Source: Azolla caroliniana
Lineage: Eukaryota; Plantae; Polypodiophyta
Reading direction: 5' to 3'
DNA: 64,000 nt
NCBI GenBank assembly: GCA_043228905.1
Contig: JBHGNT010000006.1
Coordinates: 22,940,001-23,004,000, forward strand
The translations under genes were made by a program, and so were the position numbers. Under the pieces are notes generated by a model that worked only from the letters and a program-made list of their open reading frames with translations, did no database searches and was not told where the DNA came from. Positions 1-13,592 of the stretch are shown one piece after another; position 1 is the stretch's first letter; each line of letters begins with the position of its first letter.

Positions 1-379
1 GTTTAATCCAATTAATGTATGGGAGTTTCCCGGTAAAATAATAATATAACCGCATGATCATAGAATACATCAAAAGATTGCAACACTACCATAGCATCAA
101 CTTCCACATCATGCATATCCTGATCAATGCATTCTTTCACTTAATTTTCATTTTCTTGCACAATATCAGACAACAAGGTATTGGCAATTCCCAATTACAA
201 TGATCCTTGTCAAACTCATCTACATGTATTACTTCGGCATATGTCCATTTTTTCTCATTAATTTCCTCAATACCTTTAAACCTCTTAGAGCTTTCAATGT
301 TTTCCCTTTCAGGATTACATTCAACCATCACATTACTCTTTTTTGGATCAATAGTTTCTATATCAATATCCCCCACAAT

Positions 380-700
380 GTGAAGAAGACATATCGAGTC
401 TTCTGCATCTTGAAGCTACTTTAATGGAGCTAACGAGGTTCCATACTGTAGCACCCAACCTTGTGAAGTCGCCAGCTTCTATTTTTGGAAGAAGACGAGA
501 TTGTTGGTGAACACTTGGTCTCTCTCTATAGACCCAAACTCTTCAGAGGACCTAGTGGATTTCCAACCATAAGGTTCTCTCAATATAAATAAAGATCTTA
601 AAGGTCATAACTTTCAATTATTGTCATTGGTCCTGGGAAGCATGTGTGCTTGCCCTGTGATGAATCTTGGTCTCAATATTATGAATGAACTTGGAACTTA
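380..700 (+). pseudogene. Cytochrome P450 pseudogene fragment (last exon of the same family as the intact P450s)
   Basis: Manual translation gives EEDISSLLHLEATLMELTRFH, then after a deletion PCEVASFYFWKKTRLLVNTWSLSIDPNS..DFQP*..DLKGHNFQLL..CACPVMNLG. This is colinear with exon 3 of 5822-7666, with a stop, indels and a degraded heme motif. Confidence 0.85.
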
Positions 701-959
701 TAAACTACAACAATTCATTATCTTATATCAAAATTGGTTGCTAGAAAGTGACATTAGAGATCATAGTGCATCATTGATATATTAACATATGTATTCTCAA
801 TAAGTATTACTATAAATAATACATTGCATGTAGTGGTAGTTGATTTGTTGTTTGCACCAAGAGATGTTATTCTAATCATGAGAATGATTACACATGGGCT
901 TAATATAGCATATGGATTATGGTTGGGTTATTGTTCTAGCATGTGACAAAATTATTCAC

Positions 960-2970
960 ACAGGCTCAACCAAATTTCAATGTTGTCGATAGTTGTTGCT
1001 CCTTGCCACTAGGTCAAGGATGTTGACATGAATTAAATGACTGGAACACATGCTATTGCGCACATGAGGTGTGCAAGAGAGACCAAAGGACCATGTACTC
1101 TGCCTTTGTTATGGATGATGCCATGTCTTGGTTGCGAAGAGACGACTCGCCCTACAATATCATTTAATACTGAAATGTGGACTTTCTAGAGTCAATATTG
1201 CTAGCCATGTTTCAAACTGTGTATCCAAGTTTGGTTATCACCAAATTTTTAAAAACTCTAGAAGGGCCTCCCAAATATGGTAGAATCCATTTCATTGCTT
1301 GCCAAGTATCTTTCAATGATTAGACAAAAAATGAATTAAGACACCAATTCCATGATCAATGTGAAGCCTCGTGCACACCTTAGCATACATCAAATTGCCA
1401 ACTCCAAGAAAATGTGGTATATGTCTCATTTCTCATTTGTAGGGCACTATTCATACTAAGTTTAAAGTGACCTATGACTGGAGCATTGATTGAATCTATC
1501 AAGAACTTTTTGAATGTGTTTTTCTAAGATAGCCAAAAGTTTCTTATTTGCTCTATCCTCGGTTATCTTTGTACCAAGGATTTGTGTATCTGGTTTGAAG
1601 TTCTTCATAGCAAAAGACTTACTAAGCTCTCTCTTCAATTTCTCAATTTGGTTGGTATCTTGACAACTAGCTAACATCTCATCTGCATACAAGAGTAGAA
1701 TGATGAGATCACCATCAAACAATATCTTGAAGAACACACAATGGTTTGAGCTAGTTCAGTTGTACCTATGTTCTAACATGAATGAGTCAATGTCTAGAAG
1801 CTTGTTTAAGACCATATAAGGTCACCTTTAACCTACAAGGTTTTCTTTTCTTTTGACTCGAAACACCTCATGTTGTTATTTGGTCAATTTCTTCTTTCAA
1901 ATCACCATGACGGAAGGCGGTCCTCACATCTAGTTGTTTAATTTCTAGGATAAACTAGTTGCAATCCCAAACACAACACTTATTGAAGACCGTTTGGCAA
2001 TTGATGAGAATATCTCCTCGAAATCAACACCCTTTCTTGATTGAACCCCTTCATAACCAATATTGCTTGCATCGTGGTTGTAAGCGATGTTCCACAATCT
2101 TGACCATGTAAACTAGTTGTTTTTTTAACTTTTCTACTCTTAGGTAGCTTTATCAAGCTGTACATGTGATTATCTTGGAAGACTTTACCTTATTAGTGAA
2201 GACCTCAAACCATGTGTTTATTTGATCATGTATCATGGTTTGTCTAAAGACCTCTAGGTCTCCAGGAGTGAAATATGATAATTCACTTGGCTCTCGATAT
2301 TGTAAAGTCTGACCCTCAAGGAATACTACATTATTGCTTCTAACAACCTTTTTATTTGTTGGGCCATATAATGTGAGCCAAACTCTTCATGACCATATCC
2401 GAAGAAGATACATGGTTTGCACTTGTATCAAGCTTGGATCTTTCTGCTTTTAAGATGTCAATATAAGCCCTGCAACCAAACACTCTTTAAGTTGAAACGT
2501 CTTTAAGATACACTATTGTGATAAGATGTTCTTGGAACATTCCTCTCAGGCCTAATACCATGATCATGACAATTGTGGACTTTCATGTTGTTTATTGGGA
2601 TAGCTTTTCTTTGCTAGATTTGCTCAAATGGACCCCCATATTCACTATTTAGATCAATTGCAATCCTCATTGCCTCACCCGAAATGGATTTAGCCAATTT
2701 AGAGTGAGACAACATACACATTATCCACTCACAAATTGTTATGTTCATCCTTTCATTCACACTATTGTGCTAAGGTGTCATTGGAACACTCCTCTCAAGC
2801 CTAATACCATGATCACGACATATTGCTCAAATGGATCCCCGTATTCACTACTATTATCTATATAAATGCCTTTTAGCTTTCCTCCGGTTTGTCTTTCAAA
2901 AATTGTATGAAAACTCGTAAAGTCAAGATATATATTATTGTAAGTTAGTGGATAATGAGTCCACATAAAA
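960..2970 (-). mobile_element. Highly decayed Ty1/copia relic (integrase-RT-RNase H)
   Basis: ORF 1462-1737 has LLLYADEML..KRELSKSFAMK (copia RT). ORF 2778-2966 has ERQTGGKLKGIYIDNSSEY (integrase). Many stops; boundaries approximate. Confidence 0.75.
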
Positions 2971-5821
2971 TAACATAATTTTCTTTCTTGATTATCTTAA
3001 TATCTAACTTTCTGAAAGAGGTATCTTCTGTAAAAATAAAATTCAGCTTCATTTTATTTGCTCGTTTTAAATTTACTGTAATCTATGAAAGTTGTAGCAA
3101 CCTTTAACTTACTTCAAAACATTTCTAAATCGTGTTCTTACCAATTCAATTTAAACCAAAATCATTGCAGAATTTAGGGCTCATAAATCGAGCATCAATC
3201 ATAAAATTTCACTCAACCTAACTTGAATATTGAATATCATGATGTTGCAAGGTTATGTGTGTGTGTGTGAAATGTGAGGGGAGCTTTTGGCCATCTGAAC
3301 AGGGAAGATGGGTATGGTGGTCAAGTTGATGACCTTAGAACGCTAGTAATTGTAAATTATGGTGGTCCCAACTTCATTAGTATATTTTGGATCTAACTTT
3401 CCAATGTATCTATATGTCAATTATGGGTGTCCCAAGCTGTATTTTTATGTAAATATGTAAGTGTAAATGGATGTTTGTATTGTAAATTTGTATGTAAATG
3501 TTTGAATATTGAAAGAGTTGGTAAGATTGTGTAGATTTTTGAGCTGAAACATTTGTTCCGACCATTTTAGAGTGTTTTTGGTGATGGTGATGGATCAAAT
3601 CGAATTTTGAGCTAGAATTTTGCCTCTTACGAAAATCATAGTTCTTTACATATATTTCCGCTTGGAAATCAAAATTTTGATTTGAAAAATCTGTGGAAGT
3701 CCTCAAGTAGACACAAATGTCATAACAATTTATAATCTACCAAGTTACATTACTCGTCCAAAAGTAAATTCTTTAATACATCAAGATTTTTTTTTTTGGC
3801 TCTTACCTCACACCAACGCTTCGTTTTACAAAGACCATAGGGTGCAAGAGGTAAATAAATTGAAATATCAAGTAAATTTTTTGTTAGACTGATCCTTGAG
3901 TTTCTCATAGTGTCTATAATTGACAAACGTGTTGGTGTTGGTCGATGTACGCTTCCTACATACCGTTGCGATTAACTTTTCCATGTTAAACCAAATTTCA
4001 ATAGGAGTTCCATCTCAGATGCCAATTTGTACCCCTATCACAATGAGCACTCTAGCTCATTTTATACCATTTTGGAGCTCCTTCACCAAATAAAAATAGT
4101 AGTGTCTCCTTTAATATGGACCTATTCTTATCTTACAAAAGGACCTACTAAGATGTCCATATCCACTTCATCGCTATAACTTTCTCAGCAATCCCTTCAA
4201 AGATTCAAACAAGGTTCTACGCCTTGACCTTATTAGTTTAAATGGTTAACTCTTGTCAATCTATCTTTTATTTTTTCTTTAAGCTCATTATATGTCCTCT
4301 TAGTTACATTTTCAATCAAACCCTTAATCCTTTGTACACTTGGATTCCAATACTTTTCTCCCATTATACATGCCATGCTATAACAATGGAACTTGGTACA
4401 TGAACAGAAATTTTTTAGTGTTTGGCATTGTAGAACCAGGCCCATTATGCAATGGTCGATGAGTTCTAGGCTCCATATTCTGAGCACCAAGTTCATTTAT
4501 AATGTAAAGGGATTCCCATTCATTAAACCCCAAAATCGTTATCAAGAACGAGCAGGTCCAATATGGTAATTGCTTTATGATAAAAAAAAGAATTAAAATT
4601 GTACCTCTAGATTTTGACTTTTTGGTGCCTTTCTAATTGGGTTTAGGTTAGAACTTGAACGAGGAACAAAATACAAGAAGATTCTCTTCAACACTAGAAA
4701 CAAAAGTGAGGAATAAAGACCCAATAAGGCTCGCTCCGAGGATCAAGGAAATATAGGTATAAAAATGAGTACCTACACATCAGTACTATTGCTACTAGTT
4801 TTGCAAGCAACTCTACACTAGAGCCAAAACTGTACATTCACCTCCAAAGCATGATGCCAAGTGTAGGATTCACATCTAGGGCGCACTTTCGGTCACATTT
4901 TCTTCACCCAAACCCATTCACCCATTTCTTGATTTTAACCCTTCACACTCACAACCTAGTACATAAGAACATTAAAAACACTTTTTCAAAACACTTGTAC
5001 ATATAGCACAATTGTGCAAATTCAAATCCTTGCGTGTATAGCTTAGCACTTGCTCTTTTTTTACATTCCAATGCATTCAATCATCGAATACAAGCTCGCC
5101 CATTTCACGCATACAACGTGCACCTACAAGCGCATCCACACATGTCAGGAGGGGAAAGCTCATCAGAACAACTATTACATTTTGGCACTTACATAAATTC
5201 CCACAATCCATCATCAACAGTTCTATCTTCCCTAGTTTAGGTAACTAGTGATCATAAACAAAAGATTGTTTAATCATTTACCAATATTTTAGGTATATAA
5301 TACATATTTTGTCACTTCAAAGATTGGATGAGTTCCAAGAAGTTGTTAAGCAAGAATGTTCTAAAAGGGTGGAAATAGATTGCTCACACTCAATCATGTG
5401 GCCCCCTTTAATTTTACAATGCGTAAGTGTCCTCATGTTCTAGTACCTCCATAGGCCAATGTAAATTTGGAATACACACATCTCCATTGGTTGAGGATAT
5501 GTTCCATTGGTATCCATATAATGTGTTAATAGCGACTTAAGAGGCAAAGTTTTCGCAAGGATGACCAGTAAAAAAGTTATGTTTTAGTCCTGATATTTAA
5601 CATAATTCTCATGATTCTGTGTACGATTGGGCAGAATTGTATGTTTTAGACATATACCCTTTTTGTAATATTGCAATGCCAACAAATCACACTAATATTT
5701 GAAGTTATGGAAATACGAATACAACTTGTATAACAAGAAATGAATATCACAGACTATAGTTTAGGGATAAGTTTTATGACCTATCTCTAATTTATTTGGA
5801 ACTGGACCGGAATGGTTCCAC

Positions 5822-7666
5822 TTAGTAATTTATTAGGGATTCATATAATTTCCTTGATAACCTTGGCGATGCTACCGAAACTAAAGGATGGGTTTTACAA
5901 AGTACAATACCAAAGGTTTCACTCATATCCATTTCTTTGATGCCCGGCGGTAAACTCCATTCGAAGGAGTGAACCAATGAGCCTAACATTAGGTAGACAT
6001 TGAGGAGGCCTAGATTCATGGCCGGGCAAGCTCGTCTACCTGCACCGAATGGCAACAATTGGAAATGATGACCTTTAAGATCCACAGTTGAATCCACAAA
6101 TCGTTGCGGACGAAACTCTTGTGGCTTATCCCAGGAGTTCTCATCCATTGAGAGAGACCAAGTATTCACAATCAATGTGGTTCTCTCGGGGACATAGAAT
6201 CCGGCAACTTCACATGGCTGTATGGATTCATGGGGGATCAATAATGGTGCCACTGGATGCAACCTCATTATCTCCTTCACAGTAGCTTGTAGATATGGAA
6301 GATTCGGTATGTCTTCTTCACTCATCAGCCTATCCTTGCCAATGACGCGATCGAGCTCGTCTTGTAGTCTCCTTGTTATGTCATTGTTTCGTATTAGTTC
6401 TGCTAATCCCCACTCCACAACTATGCTAGATGTATCCGTTCCACCGGCAAATATATCCTAACAATCAATGATTATCATCACAATGTTATACTCAATAAAC
6501 AAATCATGTTCGTGCACATTTGTAATAAAATAGAAGTCAGCAAAGAAAGGAAATGCATCCACATACCCATAAAATTGCTTTGATATTGTCATCTGTCAAA
6601 CTGATTGTATTGGATATATGCCCCTTATCTTCATGTAAGGACAATAGAGTGTCGAGAAGATCATTTTCATCATAGCTACCAGCAGCAGCTGTATTTGCAT
6701 GAGAATTCCGCCGATTGTCGACTATTCTTTGAAATATGGTGTCCAGCTTCTCGAACGTGTGATTTGCACGTCGTTCGAGACCTTGTATGTCTAGAAATCT
6801 TAAAGCCGGCAAGAAGTCGCCTATATTGGGAATGCCGACGAGGTTCGTTGATTCTCGGAGTGCGTCCACGAGCTCCAATCCATTCATGTTTGTGATCACG
6901 GAAAGGTCATTGAAGTTCTTCCCCAAGGTCATTCTCAAGATGCTGTTGCACGCCCGAACTTGTAACTTTGTGCGCATGTCTTGGGCCTTTGGGATGTCTT
7001 GCCACACAGAATGAACAAGACCCCTCATCTCCTCGCCTCTGATCGGCTTGAAGTGTTGCAACCTTGGAGTGTTTAAAAGTTTGGTCATATATACTTCTTT
7101 CCCCTGTCAACCAAGCAACACATATTTGTTTGGAGACCACTAAAAATGAATAAAATGTTTAGCCATTTAAAAAATACCTCAACTCTTAAATTGGAATTTT
7201 AAGTGATGAGAAATCTAGGTAATATGTAATTTTGAATTTGGATTACCTTGCGCCAAAGCGGGCCATAGGGCGTGCGGGCGAGGCCCGAGGAGTTGTAGGT
7301 GAAGCGGGCGGCGGCCGAATACGAAAGGGGGCGGGAGGCGAAAACAAGGTCATGGGTATGCAAGACGAGGCCGGCTATGTCGGGAGATGACACAACCAAT
7401 GTAGGGACAGAGCCCATTTGATAGGACAAGATGGGGCCGTACCGCGTGGACATGTCGTGGTACCATCGGTGCGGAAGTTGCCGAGACATAAAGAGCTGGT
7501 GGAGATGTCCTAGGAAAGGTAAGCTGCCAGGTGGGGATGGAGGAGATGGGATATGGAGGAGCTCATGTTTCCTCATCTTCCTCTCCATGTTTTGTTGTAC
7601 ATACTGCCATAGAAGCACCCATCCCAAGATGCCCAATAACACTAGTGCCCATATTGACCACTCCAT
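5822..7666 (-). CDS. Cytochrome P450, CYP71 clan (A-type), copy 1; exons 7666-7247, 7103-6567, 6457-5822; about 530 aa, intact
   Basis: N-terminal membrane anchor, PPSPPGSLPFLGHLH hinge, YGPLWR, I-helix AGGTDTS, KEIMRLHP (ExxR), PQRF and heme motif PFGAGRRACP. Two phase-0 GT-AG introns keep the frame (420+537+636 nt). Family below clan level cannot be assigned by eye. Confidence 0.93.
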
Positions 7667-8514
7667 CTCTCTCTCTCTCTCTCTGTCTCTGCTTCCCTGT
7701 TGTCTATTATCTTAGGGAAGCTTTCTACTACATATGTATCTTATTGAGGAGCCATTTCCTAATCCATGTAATATAGCCTGGCTAATTCCCATTGTCATCA
7801 CATGGTGAATATGGACCACACACTACCAAAAGCCATCAGTGTGACACGTTTTCAAGGTGCAAATATAGATTCCAAGTTGTTCTAGTCGATGTGTGAATCT
7901 CAGTCATAAGTTCAGATTTGTCCCCGTTTCTTTAAGGGAAATGAGGGGCACAAACCTCCGCCTCATGACGATCTATGAGATGGGAAATTTTAAGTGTTTT
8001 ACTAGTAGATAAATACTTTTATACCGTCTCATGACGATCTATGAGATGGGGTCGGACCCTAGGGGCAGCTGTTTCAATTTGTGTCGTTCTCTAATGTGTG
8101 AGTTTTATGCAAGTTGGATGTATTGACAATGACAAAGTGAGACTTTATAGGAAAAATGGTATTCAAATAGACACCTATGACTTTGTGAGAGGAAAATGTA
8201 ATGCTACAAATGACAATGATTTATATTTACTATAAAATATTCTCTCACATTTGTCGGCATGCATGCATGTGAACATTCTTTTGTAGGTTACACTATTTTA
8301 AAGCGTTTAAAGTTCAACTAGATTTTTCTTGTAGCCGTAGTAGTTTATTTAGACATTTAATTTGAGAATTTCATCGATTGGTTATAACTAATGATAAAAA
8401 AGAATCAATTTCTATAAATAAAATAGATCTTAAAATTCTACTTTAGATTATGCTATATATGTATCTTTCAAAAACACCTATGGGAGTCCAATATTAGTTT
8501 TAGGATGAAAGTAG

Positions 8515-11139
8515 TGCTAGGAAACGACTGGCCACAACCGGTTTCACGTTCGTATTCGTGTACAGAGACCAAGAATTAGCAAGAAGATAGAAAAATGTGA
8601 AAACATAGAGACATCGATATTTTATGTGGAAACCCCGAAATGGGAAAAACCACGGGGGTCCACAAACCTCGAGAAAACAGATCACTATCGTAGAGAGGAA
8701 GTACAAATACGGAACTCAGAGGCAAAGACATCGAGTCCTCCTTCGTCTGACAGACGGCTACAGAGTTACACTCTCACTCACGGTTACAGAGGCAAGTACC
8801 TCGTTCTCTCTTTACAATAATGATTAACTACCCTTACTAAAGTTTGCCCTAGTTGATTATAAACAAAAGCAACTTTCTGGCTATTTACAAGTATAGCCCA
8901 CAAGGGGCATTTTAGACTATTTACAATTATAGTCTTCCGAAACGATTTCGATTTTCGATTTCGGCCGAGGTCGATACTCACCAACACGGTACTTCTCTTC
9001 CCATCCAGAGGGACATGTTTCCAAACAAACTCCCCCTTCACTATGGCATGGTGTAGTTCACCAAACCGACTCTCTGTCGGCACGCGTTTAGCTTTTCGGC
9101 TGACACCACATTCGTCAACATATCCGATCCATTTTCGGCCGCGTGGATCTTCACTACAGCAAACTCCTTTTCTTCTACTTGCTCTTAGAGCCAATGATAT
9201 CTTCTCTGGATGTGTTTGGTCCTCGAGTGGTAGGCGGCATTTTTCACAAGGTGGATGGCACACTGGTTATGGCAATGGAGTTGGAATTCCTTCTTCCGAA
9301 TTCCGAGATCACTAATAAACTCCTTCATCCATATGATTTTCTTGCTGGCTTCCGCTGCGGCCATATATTCGGCTTCTGTGGTTGACAACGACATGGCCTT
9401 CTGCAGCCTCGACTGCCACATCCTTCATCGAGAATGCTCTGCTCAAGGTCCTCTTTAGCACTCGGATCTTCGTATGGTCCTGTCTGACAATCAGCATGCC
9501 GTCCACGTACAACAGGAGGATTAGTAAATCTCCTCCATCGAATTTCTTCACAAATACGTAGTGATCGGTCTGCGTTTTGTGGTACCCGTTGTCGGTCATG
9601 AAGGATTCGAATTTTCGGTATCATTGTCGAGGTGCTTGCTTCAGCCCGTACAGGCTCTTCCTTAGTCGGCATACCAGGTTCTCTTTACCTTTCTCCACAA
9701 ATCCTTTCGGTTGGTGTATAGATCTCCTCGTCGAGATCACTGTGCAGAAATGTCATCTTGACATCTAGTTGTTCGACTTTGAGATCCATGATGGCCGTGA
9801 TGCTTAGCACGATTCGGATTGACATCATCTTTACGACCGGAGCAAATATTTCATCAAAATCGACACCCTTCATTTGTTGAAAGCCTTTCACGACAATTCG
9901 TGCTTTGTACTTGGGTGGATTCCCACCATCTCTTGGTTTCAACTTGTATACCCATTTATTCTGAAGTGCCTTCTTTGCTCTCGATAGTTTGGTCAATTCA
10001 TATGTGTGGTTCTCATGAAAGGAATCCATCTCCTCTTTCATGGCATTGAACCACTTTCAGTTGTGGGTATCTTCATTAGCTTCTTAAAAGCTTTCCTGCT
10101 CCCCCTCATCAGTCAACAGGACACGTTCTTCATCTAGAAATCTTTGGGGGGCCCTCCTTTCTCTTAGGGGGTATCTTCAACCTCCATTCGACATGATCAG
10201 TTCTTCTTCGATTTCTTCAACCAAGTTGAATGCGGTTCCTTGTTCAGCCGTTTCCCCTCATTCTTCAATCAATTCTTGATTTTGCCGAGTATTGGATCGA
10301 CCGATTGGCTCGGGTTTGATTTCGATCGAATCGGCTTCTTCTCGATTCGGTCGAGTGTCGACTCGGTTTGATTCGGTAGTTGGAGACTTATTCTCAATCT
10401 CCCAGACGACTATTGTCTTTTCCTCCATGAAGACAATGTCCACATAGCATACGTGTGTATCCACGAGTTCCAACAACATTTTCTTCCTCATCGGGGGCCT
10501 CATTCGGAAGGATGTTCGATTCTGCTTTCCGGCCAAACAATCTGTGCACTTCTCAAGTTGCACAGTCTTCACCTCAGGAATGAGGTTGTCCTCGGCAAGC
10601 TTTCACATCCCCTTCTGGCTCATATGGCACAACTTGATGTGCCACAGTTCACCGACTGTGTCGACTACCACGTTTGCTTCCCCTCGGCATATTCAAGCAT
10701 TCATTATGTATAGTGTGTTGGTCTTCCGAGCTCAAGCCACGATCAGGCTTCCTCGGCAGAAATTCATGACATTGTTGCGGATGCTACCCATGTAGCCTTC
10801 CTCATCTAGCCAATCGACTAATATTAGGTTCAATCAAACCTTTGGAACGTGTCGTACATCTGTCAACATGAGTTTGCACCTGGTTGAGGTTTCCAAACAC
10901 ACATCTTCAATTCCGACGATTCGGCATGCTCCTTCATTTCCCTTCTTTATAGATCTGAGATCTCCGGCTCTGAAGGATGAGAAGCACTTTCGGTTAGGGC
11001 TATTTACAAGTATAGCCCACAAGGGGCATTTTAGACTATTTATAATTATAGTCTTCCGAAACAATTTCGATTTTCAATTTTCGAGATACTCACCAACATG
11101 GTACTTCTCTTCCCATCCGGAGGGACATGTTTCCCAACA
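8515..11139 (-). mobile_element. Internally deleted Ty1/copia LTR retrotransposon
   Basis: TSD AGTAG at 8510-8514 and 11140-11144. 3' LTR 8515-9027, PPT 9028-9038, 5' LTR remnant about 10994-11139. RT (LLLYVDGML) and RNase H (SLSTTEAEY, TKHIQRRYHW) fragments. LTR start resembles the copias at 36167, 42939-43441 and 46187. Confidence 0.9.
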
Positions 11140-11289
11140 AGTAGATTAGGATTTAAATTATTGGCCAAGAGATGAAAACCTTGAAGAAATTTCAACTTCT
11201 TTGAGGGGGGGCTCTCCCAAAATATGTAACTAAGATGCAATTATCAAGAAGTTAAATGGTATATGATGGAAAATGAATTAAAGGATAAC

Positions 11290-11934
11290 CATAGATTGAC
11301 ATATTCGCATTCGTCGGGTTTCCCATTCGAATACAAACAAATACAAATACGAATGGGTGGTCAAGTATTTGTTTAACGAAAAAAAAAACTCTAATTTTTT
11401 TAATTTCCTAGGATTAAAAAAAGGAACTTGACAATAAATAGGGATAATAAAAGAGGGACTTGGGGATTTGACAGTACTAAATTTTTATAATAAATGTATA
11501 ACTTATAAGTTATAAGTATTCGTTTTATTTTTAATAAATAAATAAAATAAAATAAAGGCTCATTAATTTCTCACTTTTTATTCCCTCAAAATTTATGCAT
11601 ATTTTTATTTGGACATTAAAAATAGTACTTCAAACCAACCATATCTTCAAAGTGCATACTAATCATATTTGTATAATAAATATAAAATTATTCGATTTTT
11701 TAAAAATTGATTAATTAAAATAAGTTTCATAAACTCTCTTGACACTATAATCTATTAATGAATAATTGTTCTTTTTTGGTGAAATAAATTTATTTAAATA
11801 AATAAATAAATATTTTATATTTATTTTGCAAAACGAATGGTTTTCTAATATTCTTGGGGCCATTTCGTATTCTCAAATATTGAGAATATTGCACATGGAG
11901 AATATGAAGAATATCATGCATGTGTCAATTTATG
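11290..11934. mobile_element. hAT-type MITE (645 bp)
   Basis: Imperfect TIRs CATAGATTGACATATT / CATGTGTCAATTTATG, perfect 8-bp TSD AGGATAAC (11282-11289, 11935-11942), AT-rich non-coding interior. Confidence 0.85.
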
Positions 11935-12127
11935 AGGATAACAATAGTAAACTATGTAAATATTTTTAGACAAATGACATGCTATAAGCAATGTTGTAAG
12001 GTTAGAATTGAATGGACATATGCGCATGCATCAACAATCTCGTCTGGCCAAGTGCAAATTTTTATTTGACAAAATTGGTGGCGTTATCTTTCCACATTGA
12101 GAATAAAGTTAGGCATGGTTGTGATAT

Positions 12128-13592
12128 TGTGAAATGCACATAAGAGATCGAAACCAGTCTACTTAGCTTCTTACTTCTTAATCAATTTATAGTTGATACA
12201 ACGGAACCCAATTGGGTTGGCTTGGCTAAAAAGGGTGTGCTAAAAGGGTGGGTCAACTTGGGTACGTGCATCCTAAAAAGGGTGAGCTAAAAGGGTGGCA
12301 CAAAGGAACACATGCACACCACATTTCCCCCCTGCGAGAAATAAGAGATTGAGGGGCATGAACAAGAACAGGACAGGTACATAAACAAGAACAAGAACAA
12401 TGGCTTGTCGAAGGAGGGGGAGCATCTGAGGGCAGGTTTCAAATGGAAATCCATGGATGATTCTAGTGCGAGATGAGGGTTACGCCCATAGAGTGCTCGA
12501 AAAGGGTTGATTTATGTAGCCATCTCATGTGTGAGGGTCTTGTTGAGGCGTTCGATGAAGATGGCGTGGGGATGTAAACATCTACGGACACGTAATTGAG
12601 TTGCAACGAAGTTGAGGACATCCCCGTGGAACTGTTGGCCTTGATAATTGGACGGGGCTAGTGACGGAAAACGAGCTATCAATCGGCGAATAGAGATCAA
12701 TCACTCTTGTGGACTGAGGGCCACTTGGACTTTGTTGAGGTGGGGGACAGGAGGGTTATCATGTCGGAGGGGGATCGAGGAAAGATCATATGGAGGCGAA
12801 GATCAATCGCTCCTATGGAGGGCTATTGTGTCGGAGGGGAATCGAGGAAAGATTTTATGGCGGCAAAAGATCAATCACTCTTGTGGATTGAGGGCCACCT
12901 AGACTTGGCTGAGTTGGGGGATATGAGGGCTATCGTGTCGAAGGGGGATCGGGGAAAAGATCATTTGGCAGAGAAAGATCAATCACTCCTGTGGACTAAG
13001 GGCCACCTGGACTTGGCTGAGGTGGGGGACAGGAGGGCTATCGTGTAGGAGGGAGATTGGAGAAACTCATGGGACAAGAAGTTAGTGGGCAACCTAAGGT
13101 GAGGGGGAAGAGTTGGTGGGGCAAGGCATAAAAGTGGTGAGAGTGCCTCAGGTGAAGGTGTAGTGGGATTGCGTGCTAGAGAGGTATAGATGGTGATCGC
13201 AAAAAGGGACTTGGATGGAGGAAGTAGTGGATATCGGGAGGCCTAACTAGTGAACTAAGGAGGTGCGAATAGAAGAGATACTACTACAAGAGACTAACAA
13301 GAGTGTCGGTGATGGTGGCGAGGGTGATGCTATCTACGAAGCGGAAGAGGCGGATGCTTGGATGTGGGGGACTGGTACCCCACATCTCTACCAATATGTG
13401 AAATGCACATAAGAGATCAAAACCAGTCTACTTAGCTTCTTACTTCTTAATCAATTTATAGTTGATACAACGAAACCCATTTTGGTTGACTTGGCTAAAA
13501 AGGGTGTGCTAAAAGGGTAGGTCAACTTGGGTACGTGCATCCTAAAAAGGGTGAGCTAAAAGAGTGGCACAAAGGAACACATGCACACCACA
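12128..13592 (-). mobile_element. Non-autonomous small LTR element (TRIM-like) with 196-bp LTRs
   Basis: TG..CA direct repeats 12128-12323 and 13397-13592, 4-bp TSD ATAT, PPT at 12324-12333. PBS TGGTAGAGATGTGGGGTA (minus strand, next to 13397) resembles the complement of the tRNA-Ala 3' end. No pol. Confidence 0.85.
12695..13060. repeat. Degenerate tandem repeats inside the TRIM-like element
   Basis: Recurring GATCAATCACTC(T/C)TGTGGA..GGGCCAC..GGGGGA..GAGGGCTATCGTGT units. Confidence 0.75.

Noticed and set aside
3000-4800. Possible DNA-transposon or transposase relics (also about 8250-8510, 11150-11280, 22140-22740, 25425-25975)
   Set aside because: Short mutual similarity is visible (11155-11230 vs 22313-22385), but I could not identify motifs, termini or TSDs.
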